Program-made: the position numbers and the translations under genes
In this document: piece after piece, positions 9,554 to 18,904 of the stretch
Layout: every line of letters starts with the position of its first letter
Position numbering within the stretch: position 1 is the first letter of the stretch
Notes under the pieces: generated by a model
Told to the model about the DNA's origin: nothing
Seen by the model: the letters and a program-made list of their open reading frames with translations, nothing else
Databases searched by the model: none
From: Myxococcota bacterium
Lineage (GTDB): Bacteria > Myxococcota > Kuafuiibacteriia > Kuafuiibacteriales > Kuafuiibacteriaceae
DNA: 64,000 nucleotides
NCBI GenBank assembly: GCA_039024635.1
Contig: JBCCQA010000005.1
Span: 103,729 to 167,728 of the forward strand
Direction: 5' to 3'

Positions 9554-10374
9554 CAGTTGATGGTCACCACCCGAGCCGACCCCGCGATGACCGCAGCCCC
9601 GTAGACGGCGCGAACCTGGAGGGCCGAGCCACCCGACTCGGGGTCAGGGACCAGTCGCGGCATGGGCATGCGGTGCGCTGCCGTGAACGTCTTGCCGACG
9701 TCGTACAGTAGCGCAGCCTGAAAGCCGTCCGCGGATCCGGTCGGACCGACGCCGGGGCTCGTGATCAGCGGGATGCCGTTGATCGACTGCACAGCGGGGA
9801 CGCCCAAGCTGCCTTCCTCCGCTCGCCCAAAGGCCGGGATGTAGTCCACGAAGGCCCGGATCTTTCCGACGGCCGCGGGGTGAACGATGTACCGGAAGCG
9901 ATTCCGGGGCTGACCGTTCACCTCAAGGGCAGCCTCGGCCGCACTGAAGTCGTCCACGGTGACCGCGTCCTCGTTGCTGTTGAGGTTTCCGGCCGCTTCG
10001 GCCGCCGCCAAAATAAGCCCCAGGACGTAGTCATCCATCGTGTTCTGCAGAATGCCGGTAAAGGCTTCCGTCAGCGCGCTGACGTAGTTCCCGCGAAGGA
10101 ACTGCTCATCGTCCATGTCGTCGATGAGTCGACGAACCATCTTGCGCTGATTGACGGTCAGAGTGGAGACACTAGGGTCTGCGGCCTCAGGCGCAGCTCG
10201 CGTGTCGGAGTCGACGACGGTCGCCGTACCCACGTTGGGCAGATCGATAGCGTCGCCGAAGCGTGTCGCAGGACCTAGGTCCGTTGTGAACTGGGGGTTG
10301 CCGAACACGCCCGCCCGTCGACTCCACGAGTCGATGAACGCACGCAGGACTGACTTCATCTTTGCGTCGGCCAT
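9553..10374 (-). CDS. Major capsid protein
   Basis: 273 aa protein following the scaffold gene, with composition typical of a major head protein. The position is conserved. Confidence 0.6.
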   Translation of the reverse strand: MADAKMKSVLRAFIDSWSRRAGVFGNPQFTTDLGPATRFGDAIDLPNVGTATVVDSDTRAAPEAADPSVSTLTVNQRKMVRRLIDDMDDEQFLRGNYVSALTEAFTGILQNTMDDYVLGLILAAAEAAGNLNSNEDAVTVDDFSAAEAALEVNGQPRNRFRYIVHPAAVGKIRAFVDYIPAFGRAEEGSLGVPAVQSINGIPLITSPGVGPTGSADGFQAALLYDVGKTFTAAHRMPMPRLVPDPESGGSALQVRAVYGAAVIAGSARVVTIN

Positions 10375-10482
10375 GAGGCCTCCTTCTGGGCGCTAGTGCG
10401 CCAGTCAGGAGGAGCCGCATCGCGCCGACGCTCCAAGGGTTGAAGAATGTCGGGCTCGGCATCGCGCCTCGCCCAGGAGCAG

Positions 10483-11052
10483 CTACTGAAGAATCGTCGG
10501 GTCGAACTTCGACGTCGGCGACATCAGCTTGTCGTACTTCTTCGGGTCTTCCTTCTTGAGCTCCAAGAGCTCAGCAAGGTTCTTGGGATAGGCCGAGCTC
10601 TCGGAGTCAGGTCCGCCGCCGTAGTCGCCATGCGGCGGCTTCGGTTTTGGTGTCTGCTCCCCCTGAAGCTCGACCAACGTCTCAGCGAGCTCCACGGCGC
10701 CCTTGTAGTCCCCCGCCTCGACCCGAGCGTTGACCTTGGCCATCGCGGCCTCAGACAGCTTCGAAGTGAACTGGCCCAGCTTCAGTCCGGCAGCGAGGTC
10801 GTCGCGACCCACACCGTTTGACTTCTGCTCACCAGGCTCGGGCTTTGGTTGCTTGATCTTGTCGCGCACGGCGCCAAGATCCTGCCCGACCTTCTGAAAA
10901 CGACCTTCGACGCTCTGCTCCAGCGCGCCGAACCTCTCGTTGAGCTTTGAGAGCTGCTCGGACAGTGAGGTCTCCTTGCCTTGGCCACCTTCCTGCTGCG
11001 ACTCGGGCGTCGCGCCCTCGCCACCGCTTCCGGTCTTGCTCTCTTCGCCCAC
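10483..11052 (-). CDS. Scaffolding protein
   Basis: 189 aa highly charged Glu/Lys/Gln-rich helical protein between the portal and capsid genes. Confidence 0.55.
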   Translation of the reverse strand: MGEESKTGSGGEGATPESQQEGGQGKETSLSEQLSKLNERFGALEQSVEGRFQKVGQDLGAVRDKIKQPKPEPGEQKSNGVGRDDLAAGLKLGQFTSKLSEAAMAKVNARVEAGDYKGAVELAETLVELQGEQTPKPKPPHGDYGGGPDSESSAYPKNLAELLELKKEDPKKYDKLMSPTSKFDPTILQ

Positions 11053-11124
11053 GGCCGAGAATGTGCACCAAGTCGACAGACGTTTTCCAGCGGGTGGATC
11101 GACTTTCTTTTTTCAGAGGAAAAG

Positions 11125-12621
11125 TCAGGACGCAGCCATCAGGTCGCTGACCACAGAGGCTCCCGCGTTCACCGAGTCGCCGGATGGGTCTGCCTGGTTT
11201 GGGCCAGGGATCTCGGCGTTGGCCTCCGCCACCTCCGGCTCTGGCTTCGCCACCGGGAAGCGCTCAAAGTCTTTGTCGATCTCCTCTAGCTTTCGCTCAG
11301 CGTCGGTGCGGTCGACCTGCCAAAGCTGCATTCCGGCAGTCACCCGCGACGCCATATGGAGAGCCATCTGCCGAGCGAGGGTCTCGGTCTGCTCCTTGGG
11401 ATCGACGGCGTGGTCGAGGGGCGCCAGATCCACCTCGAGCTCCACGTCCTCTCGCATTCTGGGGACCTCCCAGACCGGAGCCCAGGCATTCCAGACAGAG
11501 CGGAAGGCACGGAAGATCCTGCGCTCGGCATCTGCCACGTAGGCCCGAAGGAGCTCACGCCGCTCCTCAAGGGGCTTGGCCGCCTGCCTGAGCCCGACCG
11601 CCGTGACACTCTGGCTGCGGCGGATGTCGTCAACCGGAAGCCCCTCGCTCGCCTTCCAGTCGCGCTGGAACTTGTCGAGGGCGGTCAGGGCGTCCGCGAT
11701 GGCCGGGGAGACCTGGAGCACGTGCCCTTCAACCCCAGGAGGCATGATGTTTCGAACGCCCGGGCCCCGCTTCATTGTCTTCAGGTCTTTAGCGTCCTTC
11801 GTGTCCTCGATGTCGGCGGGCTGACGGTACTCAACTTCCGAGTGAGAGCTGACGCGAACCTGCTCTAGGATCTCATTGCAGATGGCCGAGAGGTTCAGCA
11901 GGTGAGAGACCCGATCGGATCGCGGCCTCACGTAGGCGCCCTCGGGGTGCTGGTCGTAGCAGGCGACCACGGGCGGCGGGAACGGAGCCTGGCGAGACGG
12001 CCCGAATGGCTGAAACTCGTCTTCGAGCTCGTCGCCGTCCGCGTCGGTCAACGTCATCGTCCAACCGGAGGATGCCTGCGCCCACACCTCGAAGCCCGAG
12101 GCCGTCTTCAGTGCGACCGCTCGGTCTTGGCTAACATCCCACGGAAGCGCGGGGTGCGGGTCCCTGTAAACCTTGTCGGGGCTGAAGACGTGAAAGAAGA
12201 TCCGAGGCTCCATGCTCGTCGCGTTCATCCGTACGTAGCATTGACCGTAGAGGCTGCGCCGCTGGTCGATCGTCTTGGCGACCGCGTCGAAGTTCGAGCG
12301 GCGGTAGGCGTCAATCATCTGTTTGGTCGCCACCCCCTCGTCGCTCAGAGGCTGACCGTTCCGGTTCACAAGACGTCGGGTCGCCGGACTTCGGTACGCG
12401 ACGGCGAGCGCCGTCACGAGCTCGGTGAGGGCGCCGGACACGATCGGGTGCTGGTCCTCGCCGGACCGAATGCCTAGCTGCATGACCTGCAGGCGCCCCA
12501 TGACGTGCTCGCCGCCGCGACCCTCAAAGAAGTCCCGGAGCGTTCCCCAGGTCTGAACCCAGTCCTCGGGCCGCGTGTCCTTGCACTTGGCCTTAAGGGC
12601 CTCCAGCGTTTCGTTCTTCAT
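11125..12621 (-). CDS. Portal protein
   Basis: 498 aa protein between the terminase and scaffold genes with an acidic C-terminal tail. Size and position fit a portal. Confidence 0.55.
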   Translation of the reverse strand: MKNETLEALKAKCKDTRPEDWVQTWGTLRDFFEGRGGEHVMGRLQVMQLGIRSGEDQHPIVSGALTELVTALAVAYRSPATRRLVNRNGQPLSDEGVATKQMIDAYRRSNFDAVAKTIDQRRSLYGQCYVRMNATSMEPRIFFHVFSPDKVYRDPHPALPWDVSQDRAVALKTASGFEVWAQASSGWTMTLTDADGDELEDEFQPFGPSRQAPFPPPVVACYDQHPEGAYVRPRSDRVSHLLNLSAICNEILEQVRVSSHSEVEYRQPADIEDTKDAKDLKTMKRGPGVRNIMPPGVEGHVLQVSPAIADALTALDKFQRDWKASEGLPVDDIRRSQSVTAVGLRQAAKPLEERRELLRAYVADAERRIFRAFRSVWNAWAPVWEVPRMREDVELEVDLAPLDHAVDPKEQTETLARQMALHMASRVTAGMQLWQVDRTDAERKLEEIDKDFERFPVAKPEPEVAEANAEIPGPNQADPSGDSVNAGASVVSDLMAAS

Positions 12622-13109
12622 CTCCGCCTCCCGCTGACGCTGCGGCCAGCTTTGATCTCCAGTATCAGTCCCGACCTCCGGCTACGACCCGACAGCTGAC
12701 GCTCAATCTCCTTCTGGGCTGCCTTGGCGCCTTCGCGCCGAAGCTCCTCCGTCACCTGCATCGGGTTCAACTCCGGTCCTCGCCGAGCGATATGCACCGC
12801 CAAGAGTGCAGCGTTGCGCCCACGCAGGCTTGGGCCCACGTCGTCCCGTTTGCCCTTCGCGAAAACCGAGCCCCCACGGTACCCGATGGATTTCACCAGG
12901 CGCCCGGTGTTCCACAGCGCTCGTCCGTCCTTGTCGCTGGGGCTGACCGGCATCGCGGCGCCGTCGGTTCGCTGACCCTTCCGCGCGTAGCGCCGGACGA
13001 TGGCCGCCACCCGATTGCCGACTCGCTTGTTGATCTCGTTCGCGTTTAGCCGGACCCGCATCGCGATGGGGAACCGGAGGTCGACGTCGATCCCGCCTCT
13101 ATTGGTCAT
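12618..13109 (-). CDS. Hypothetical phage protein between terminase and portal
   Basis: 163 aa basic ORF, 4-nt overlaps at both ends. Confidence 0.35.
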   Translation of the reverse strand: MTNRGGIDVDLRFPIAMRVRLNANEINKRVGNRVAAIVRRYARKGQRTDGAAMPVSPSDKDGRALWNTGRLVKSIGYRGGSVFAKGKRDDVGPSLRGRNAALLAVHIARRGPELNPMQVTEELRREGAKAAQKEIERQLSGRSRRSGLILEIKAGRSVSGRRR

Positions 13110-14452
13110 ACCGTGCCAAACTCTCCCTTCTTCCTCGGCGCCTTGGGCTCCAGAAGGATGTTGACCCCGTAGATCGCCGCGTCCCTCACGTGTTCATCGT
13201 TCGGCTTCGTCAGCGTGCCGTCCGGCTTCAGCTTCGCCGTCCGGAGAAGGTTGACCAAGCCCCGCTTTCCCTCGGTCATCATTCTTCGGTGCATCAGGAA
13301 GCGCCGGTTGTCGTGACCGTCGCAGATGGCCCACCGAAAGCGCTCAAGCTTCCTGACGAGCCGCCAGCCCGAAGACCGCTTAGGGATGTCCAAGATCTTG
13401 ACGCTAGGGCCGACGATGGTCCGCAGGAATCGGCGCTGGTCCCGAATAGCGTCAGTGTCGATGCACAGGCGGTCGAAGTGGTAGTCGGTCTCCTGCTGAA
13501 ACCACTCGATGACCTGGTCGGACCCGTACCGGTCGAAGACCATCGACTCCAGACCGAGGAGGCCGTCGTCAAAGCCGCCGCCCTTTAGCGGAATCTTGAT
13601 GACCGCAGCCACCAAGACCCCGAACTGCTCGCCAGGGTCGAGGCACAGAATCACTGGGCTTCGGCCCTCCATGTACTCCGAGACGTCGCGGTCCGTGACG
13701 TTGCCGCCGAGCGTGAGGTTGAGCCCAGGAAAGGCCCCTGCCGGGGGCGGAATCCAGCCGCCCTTCCGCATCGCGTCGGCCACACGTTTCTCTTTCCCCT
13801 CCAGACTTCGCTCGATGAAGCCGGGGTCATTCTTGCCGGCCCAGGAGTCCTCAAGCCCGGGAAGGCTGGTCAGGACGTTGGGATCGTCGGGGCAGTCGAA
13901 CCGGCCACGAAGGGTCTCGTCGTCGACAGCGATGCCCGAGACGATCAGGTGTTTGCGGGGGTGGTCTCCTCGGAAGCGGCCCATCAGCCGGTCCCACCGA
14001 CGCTGGTCGAGGTAGAGCGGATCTTGGACCTCGTCCACCCAGATGAGGAAGGCGTCGACGGAATCGATGTAGCTCTTGCCGGACCAGAAGACCACACGGA
14101 CTCCGTTCTGAAGCGTCCACGTCGTCTTGTTCGACTTGACCCTGCGCATCCGAATGAAGGCCGGCGGTAGCAGCGCCTCCAGCAGGCCGGGCAGCGTCTC
14201 CTCCAGGGTGGCAGACACGGGCGCGGTGACGATCGCCTTGTCGCCCGGGCGCCCGTGCTGCAGGACGTAGCGAACGAACCGCATCGCGGCAGTCAGCGTT
14301 TTGCCGGTGCCGAATGCGGCGCTCAAGCATGCCGCTTTGCTGAATGACAGCTGATCCGACTCGGGCGGGTTCCAAGAGACGAACTGGTACTGGAAGGGCT
14401 CAGGCTCAGGCCAGGAGACCTCAACCCGCGTCTCCATCACCGCCGTTACCAC
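13106..14452 (-). CDS. terL: Terminase large subunit
   Basis: Walker A AAFGTGKT and Walker B LIWVDEVQD in the N-terminal half. A C-terminal acidic nuclease-like region follows. Confidence 0.8.
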   Translation of the reverse strand: MVTAVMETRVEVSWPEPEPFQYQFVSWNPPESDQLSFSKAACLSAAFGTGKTLTAAMRFVRYVLQHGRPGDKAIVTAPVSATLEETLPGLLEALLPPAFIRMRRVKSNKTTWTLQNGVRVVFWSGKSYIDSVDAFLIWVDEVQDPLYLDQRRWDRLMGRFRGDHPRKHLIVSGIAVDDETLRGRFDCPDDPNVLTSLPGLEDSWAGKNDPGFIERSLEGKEKRVADAMRKGGWIPPPAGAFPGLNLTLGGNVTDRDVSEYMEGRSPVILCLDPGEQFGVLVAAVIKIPLKGGGFDDGLLGLESMVFDRYGSDQVIEWFQQETDYHFDRLCIDTDAIRDQRRFLRTIVGPSVKILDIPKRSSGWRLVRKLERFRWAICDGHDNRRFLMHRRMMTEGKRGLVNLLRTAKLKPDGTLTKPNDEHVRDAAIYGVNILLEPKAPRKKGEFGTV

Positions 14453-15008
14453 GCGGCCTCCAATTCGAGATGACCACAGTGACGCGGTCTGAGTAGGCCC
14501 CTGCGCTGTTGTCGTTCAACATCTGCATGGTCTTGGCCATCTGGGGCATCAGGTGGCTGCGGGACCCAGGAGCTCGATTCTGGGCCTCGGCAACGAGATG
14601 CATGGCCTCCAGCCGCATGATCATATCCAGAAGCCGCTGCAGCTCGAGCGGGCTGCCCTCGACCAACCCGGGCCAGAACTTCCGCGCGAGCCGCGCCAGC
14701 CGATTCAGGTCCCGCTTCTTCTCCCACTCGACGCCGGCCAACGAGGCCGCGACCGTGAGGTCCGGCGTGTAGCCCATGCCGATCGCCAAGATGCCGGCTC
14801 GAAGGTGGTCGGGCAGTGTACCCATCGAGCGACGACCCAGCTGTAGCGCCGCCTTCTGATCCCCGGCGGCCTCGGCCGCTCGGGCCTGGCGCGCGCGATT
14901 GTGTGAGCCCCGATGCTCGGGACAGGTCTTCGGAATCGGCCCGGTTGCATGAGAGTGCTTGAAGCTCTTCCCGCAGACAGAGCATGTCCCTGACCGCGCC
15001 TTCGCCAT
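14421..15008 (-). CDS. Terminase small subunit-like / zinc-ribbon DNA-binding protein
   Basis: 195 aa protein with N-terminal CSVCGK...CPEH zinc ribbon. It lies directly upstream of terL with a 32-nt overlap. Confidence 0.4.
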   Translation of the reverse strand: MAKARSGTCSVCGKSFKHSHATGPIPKTCPEHRGSHNRARQARAAEAAGDQKAALQLGRRSMGTLPDHLRAGILAIGMGYTPDLTVAASLAGVEWEKKRDLNRLARLARKFWPGLVEGSPLELQRLLDMIMRLEAMHLVAEAQNRAPGSRSHLMPQMAKTMQMLNDNSAGAYSDRVTVVISNWRPRGNGGDGDAG

Positions 15009-15266
15009 TCATGCCGCTTCGTCGCCCAGAGCTTCTTCGACAGCCTCCAGCGCTGCGCGAAGAGCGCGTCGCGCCTGATGCAGGTCCTCAGAGAAAGAGA
15101 CGTAGCCCGTGCTCCGTGGCCCGTGGTCAATGATCGCGACTGCGTGCTGAAAGCCGTCTTCGGAGACCGTGGAAAGCGCGTAATCCAAGGCACATTCCGC
15201 CCGGTCGCCCCGGTGGACGCCGTAGTCGGCCCGAACCAATCTCCAGCCCATCACGCACCCCCCCAA
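15009..15266 (-). CDS. Small hypothetical phage protein
   Basis: 85 aa ORF abutting the terS-like start. Confidence 0.3.
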   Translation of the reverse strand: MGGCVMGWRLVRADYGVHRGDRAECALDYALSTVSEDGFQHAVAIIDHGPRSTGYVSFSEDLHQARRALRAALEAVEEALGDEAA

Positions 15267-15351
15267 ACAGAGGAGGAGCCTCTAGAAAAAACCGCGCTGT
15301 GCTGCGCAGGCCTGCAGGCCGTGGGGGTAAAACTGGTATGCCCTCCAATAC

Positions 15352-15690
15352 TCACGCGGACGCCTCCTCGATGCGGCTCAGGATGCTGGCCACCTTGTCG
15401 ATGACGAGCCATTCCCACGCCTGCCACTGCGACTCGGCCACCCCCAGCTGGTAGTCCTGAAGGACCACATGCATCAGCTCATGCAGCAGAAGGCGTCGTT
15501 GCTCTGAAGGCGCCTGAGTCTTGAAGTCGGGTGCGAGTCGTATCTGGGCTCGCTGCTGGCCAACCCACACCCTAACGTTGGCCCAGTCGGTGTCCGGAAT
15601 GGGGCAGTCGTCCCTGACCTCTATGGCCCAACCCTGAAGCCCCAGCGTGGGGAGCCATTCCTCGACGAAGGAACGCCACTGGTTCAGTCG
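15352..15690 (-). CDS. HExxH-motif protein (SprT-like / zincin-like); start uncertain
   Basis: HELMH motif in the C-terminal part. The N-terminal ~70 residues of the long ORF are Arg-rich and overlap the annealase gene, so the real start is probably near 15680. Confidence 0.35.
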   Translation of the reverse strand, partial: RLNQWRSFVEEWLPTLGLQGWAIEVRDDCPIPDTDWANVRVWVGQQRAQIRLAPDFKTQAPSEQRRLLLHELMHVVLQDYQLGVAESQWQAWEWLVIDKVASILSRIEEASA

Positions 15691-16550
15691 AGGTTCTTCA
15701 CCACTTGCCACCGCATGCGCTCCTTCATCCCCAAGACTTCCTCGCCCACCTGCTTCGCGTCGCCCCCAAGCTCGCCGATGTGGCCACCCTCGTGCAACCA
15801 GTCCAGCACGTCTTGCTTGTCCATCTCGGGCTCGCTCCAAAAGTAGGCGATCTCTCGGCTCCCCTGCTTGTGGCGGTCGTGCACTTTCCAGACGCACTGG
15901 GTGAGGTGGTCTTCGTGCAGGGTGTCCGCCTCCTGCGCTGTCTTGGGCTTGGGCTGAGCGGGCACGTTGTGGCCTGATTTCCGAAGTAAAGCCCGCTCTT
16001 GCTGGTCTTGCTGATATCGCACCCCCTTGGGTCCCTGGTCCTTGCGTTGCGTGCCGCCTTTCTTGCCGCCCGTCTTTTTGGCCTGTCGCTGGCTCTGCTG
16101 GCCCTGTCGTCTTGCGGGCTGAGCATCAGGCTGGGATAGGTTGTCGTCGTCGAGAATGCCTTTGTAGGTGTCGAGACCCACCCCGAACATGGCAGCGGCC
16201 TTCTTGAGCCCGTTGGTGAGAGCGCCTTTGAAAGCGTCGGCTTTCGCGCTGGCGCGGTGGCCGCCGTAGGCATGCCGGCATACCACGTTGCGCCCGTCCT
16301 TGATGCTCACGGCCACCTTCATCGTGACGTCGAAGCAGGCGGCCCCGCTCCGCCACTTGCCCTGAGCGCACTCGATGATTTCATCGTCGTAGGTCCAGCC
16401 CAGGCCCAGTTGCTCGTTCAGGCGCTCGACGATGTAGGCGTATTTGATGCCGGCGGTGTCGTAGCCCTTCTGGGTGTCGGCCTTCTTGGTCCGCTCAATG
16501 GCATCCTCTGGGAACCGAGCGGCCAACGCCTGGAGGGTCTCGTCTTTCAT
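15684..16550 (-). CDS. Rad52-family single-strand annealing protein (phage recombinase)
   Basis: N-terminal region carries the Rad52/Sak-type signature (KADAFKGALTNGLKKAAAMFGVGLD). Start refined to an internal ATG (MKDETLQ) about 16550. Confidence 0.6.
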   Translation of the reverse strand: MKDETLQALAARFPEDAIERTKKADTQKGYDTAGIKYAYIVERLNEQLGLGWTYDDEIIECAQGKWRSGAACFDVTMKVAVSIKDGRNVVCRHAYGGHRASAKADAFKGALTNGLKKAAAMFGVGLDTYKGILDDDNLSQPDAQPARRQGQQSQRQAKKTGGKKGGTQRKDQGPKGVRYQQDQQERALLRKSGHNVPAQPKPKTAQEADTLHEDHLTQCVWKVHDRHKQGSREIAYFWSEPEMDKQDVLDWLHEGGHIGELGGDAKQVGEEVLGMKERMRWQVVKNLD

Positions 16551-16575
16551 GGCCACCGCAGCGGTCCGCAGCTGC

Positions 16576-17163
16576 TCATGCCGCCTCCCTAGCTTTCCGA
16601 GCGGTGTCGACCAAGTCGGCGAGACTCTTCCCCGCAAAGAGGCTTCGTTCGCCGGTCACCTTCGGCTTCTCGCCGGTGAGCGCAAGGTATTGCTCCCATG
16701 CGGAAACCAGCTCCCGAAGAAGGTCCTCCTCAATCATGGCCATGAGGTCCCGGTGCAGCCGCTCGGCTTCTCCCTGCCGCATGACGAAAGAGCCATCTCC
16801 GGCCCGGCTCGCGGCGACCCCGAAAGCCGTCCTGATGGCCACCACGGCGTTCGCAGCGGCTCGGTGGTAGTCCACGGGGGCGAAGCCCGGAAGTAGAGCT
16901 CGAGCGTCCTGCGCGCGGCTCTCGGCGTCCCAGCGACGCTTTCGCGCGGCCCTGATGGCCGACGTGATCACCGCCAGGCTCGCGTGGCGCTCACGCTTGG
17001 CCGCGTCGGCAATGCCCTGCTCGACGTCGCAGGCTGGGTAGCCGACCAGGCTCCTGGCCCACAGCTTGAGCGTGGGCTTTTCGATGGTCTGGTGAGGCCA
17101 GGCGGCTTTGACCAACGCTATGGCCGCCATGGCCTGGGAGAGGTTCAGCTTTGTCGTGTTCAT
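16576..17163 (-). CDS. Hypothetical phage early protein
   Basis: 195 aa ORF, 4-nt overlap with the upstream replication gene. Confidence 0.35.
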   Translation of the reverse strand: MNTTKLNLSQAMAAIALVKAAWPHQTIEKPTLKLWARSLVGYPACDVEQGIADAAKRERHASLAVITSAIRAARKRRWDAESRAQDARALLPGFAPVDYHRAAANAVVAIRTAFGVAASRAGDGSFVMRQGEAERLHRDLMAMIEEDLLRELVSAWEQYLALTGEKPKVTGERSLFAGKSLADLVDTARKAREAA

Positions 17164-18215
17164 TTCTTGGTTCTCCGTGCTGTGTCGAGGATGTCTTCAA
17201 CGCTCATTCCGCGCCCTCGAGGGGGAGCTCGAGGTGAAGGGCCCGAGAGCATCGGTGCTCGGCCGAAGTCGATCTCGCGCTTGAGGTAGTTGCTCAGGAA
17301 CTGAAGCACTTTGGACTTCTTCGGGATTGCCCCGTCGATAGTCTTCTGGAGAGCCGTGCGACAGATCTGCTCGACGTCGAAGTCGCGGTAGGTCGCTTGC
17401 CACTCGAGCAGCTTCGATTGCCTGAGCTCGAAGTCCTCCCCCGTCTTCGCTGTCGGGAAGACCATGACCACCGGATCGGCACTGGGCTCAGGCGGCCCGG
17501 TGATCGCTCCGTCGCCGAGCGGCAGAGCCAGCGAAGCCCCCCCCCCTGCTGGTGTTGGTGCTGGTGTTGGTGCTGGTGCTGGTGCTGGTGCTGGTGCTGG
17601 TGTTGGTGGTTTCGAAAGGCTCTCGGGAAGGCTTTGGGAAAGGCTTTCGGGAAGGCTTTCGGGAAGGCTTTCCTTATGGGTTTCCGAAACCCTTTCCGGA
17701 ACCCTTTCTCTATTGGATTCGGGCCGCTTTCCGTCGTCACCAAAAGGCTTCCCGGAACGCTTTCCGATTCGCTTCAGGCTGTCGCCGGCCTCCCGGAGGG
17801 CTTTGCTCTTAGGCCACCATTCTTCCTTCACCTCAGCCAGGAACGCCTTTTTGATGGCGGCCGTCAGCGAGCTGTCCGCGGGAAGGCTGGCGATCTGACT
17901 CAGCCAACCAGCCATCTGGTTGGGGTTCGTGGCCCGGTTCCGCTCGAGAGCTCGAGGTATCCAGATGATGCGCCGCTCTCGATCGACCACGATCCGCCCG
18001 GCCTTCTCGAAGGCCCGCAAGTTGGCCGCGAACACATCGGCCGAGACCCTGCGAAAGTCCTCAGCCAGCGCAGCCGGGCCACCTCGGATCACCCCTGGTG
18101 CCGTCAGCGAGAACGGCGTGCTCAGCAGATAGACCCACTGCAGGAGCTGCTCCGTCGAGAGGCTGCGGGTCCAATCGTCCTCCCAGATGTCGAGATCGAT
18201 GCGGGCATACCTCAT
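17160..18215 (-). CDS. Replication initiator / replisome-organizer-like protein with internal tandem repeats
   Basis: N-terminal winged-helix-like region (RIDLDIWEDDWTRSLSTEQLLQWVYLL). The central part encodes ESLPESLPESLSQSLPESLS plus a PAPAPAPAPTPAPTPA linker, both from DNA tandem repeats. Its ATG overlaps the MTase stop (ATGA). Confidence 0.5.
   Translation of the reverse strand: MRYARIDLDIWEDDWTRSLSTEQLLQWVYLLSTPFSLTAPGVIRGGPAALAEDFRRVSADVFAANLRAFEKAGRIVVDRERRIIWIPRALERNRATNPNQMAGWLSQIASLPADSSLTAAIKKAFLAEVKEEWWPKSKALREAGDSLKRIGKRSGKPFGDDGKRPESNRERVPERVSETHKESLPESLPESLSQSLPESLSKPPTPAPAPAPAPAPTPAPTPAGGGASLALPLGDGAITGPPEPSADPVVMVFPTAKTGEDFELRQSKLLEWQATYRDFDVEQICRTALQKTIDGAIPKKSKVLQFLSNYLKREIDFGRAPMLSGPSPRAPPRGRGMSVEDILDTARRTKK
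17549..17620. repeat. Hexanucleotide tandem repeat (GCTGGT/GTTGGT), about 12 units
   Basis: gctggtgttggtgctggtgttggtgctggtgctggt... seen directly. It encodes the Pro-Ala linker on the minus strand. Confidence 0.85.
17621..17705. repeat. 12-nt direct repeats (gggaaggctttc x4-5) plus a related ccctttcc unit; candidate iterons
   Basis: ggctctcgggaaggctttgggaaaggctttcgggaaggctttcgggaaggctttcc, then gtttccgaaaccctttccggaaccctttc. They are embedded in the replication gene. Confidence 0.6.
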
Positions 18216-18904
18216 TCGGCCGGCCCCGGTCCCCCCCAACCCGTGGGTACGCGCTCCTCGCCGAAAAGGTCCTGCTCCTCTCGCCGAACGCGCCTGCGAA
18301 AGGTTGTCCAGCCCATGCGGCGACCCTGGGTGGATGGGATCACGACGTCGCCGACATCACGAAATGCCTTCTCGAACTCGCCGGGCAGGAACCCTTCAGT
18401 GGTCCGGAAAGGCGCAACCAAGACGATGACGTTGGCATGGGGCGGACGAGTCGCGACCTCGCGCCCGTCGGGTGTCGTGTTGAATCTCAAACGCTGCTTT
18501 GGGACGCAGAACGGGAAGCGCAGCACCGACAGTACGGCAGACTGAGACGTCTGCATCAGGTCCAGCGTGAACCCCATGAAGATCCCCGCCTTCAGCCGGT
18601 CGCTCGCGCAATAGCGGAGCAGCCGCGCCCAGAACTGGACAGGGTAGCTCTTGCCGCCCCGAAGGCCTCCGGGCGGGTTGCAGTAAACCGTGCTCGGCTC
18701 GGCCGGCCAGGGCGCCACCAGGCCGTTCTCCCGCTCCGTGAGGAAGCGCTTGGCCCGCACGACCTTGTTGGCCTCAGGGCAGCTCGCCGGGTCGAAGTCG
18801 ATGCCGCCCAGGATCTGGTGGACCCGCTCGACGATGTGCGGCGGCGTGTACCACTCCTGGGAATCGGAGGTCTGGCGGGCGCTCCGCTTCGCGTCGTCTG
18901 TCAT
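18212..18904 (-). CDS. Phage Dam-type DNA N6-adenine methyltransferase
   Basis: EWYTPP motif near the N-terminus and NPPGG (DPPY-like) motif. Start refined to internal ATG (MTDDAK). Confidence 0.6.
   Translation of the reverse strand: MTDDAKRSARQTSDSQEWYTPPHIVERVHQILGGIDFDPASCPEANKVVRAKRFLTERENGLVAPWPAEPSTVYCNPPGGLRGGKSYPVQFWARLLRYCASDRLKAGIFMGFTLDLMQTSQSAVLSVLRFPFCVPKQRLRFNTTPDGREVATRPPHANVIVLVAPFRTTEGFLPGEFEKAFRDVGDVVIPSTQGRRMGWTTFRRRVRREEQDLFGEERVPTGWGGPGPAE

Noticed and set aside
17294-17743. ORFs encoding HQHQHQ or CWCWCW repeat peptides
   Set aside because: These are alternative-frame readings of the hexanucleotide repeat array. The in-frame reading within the replication gene (Pro-Ala linker) is the coherent one.
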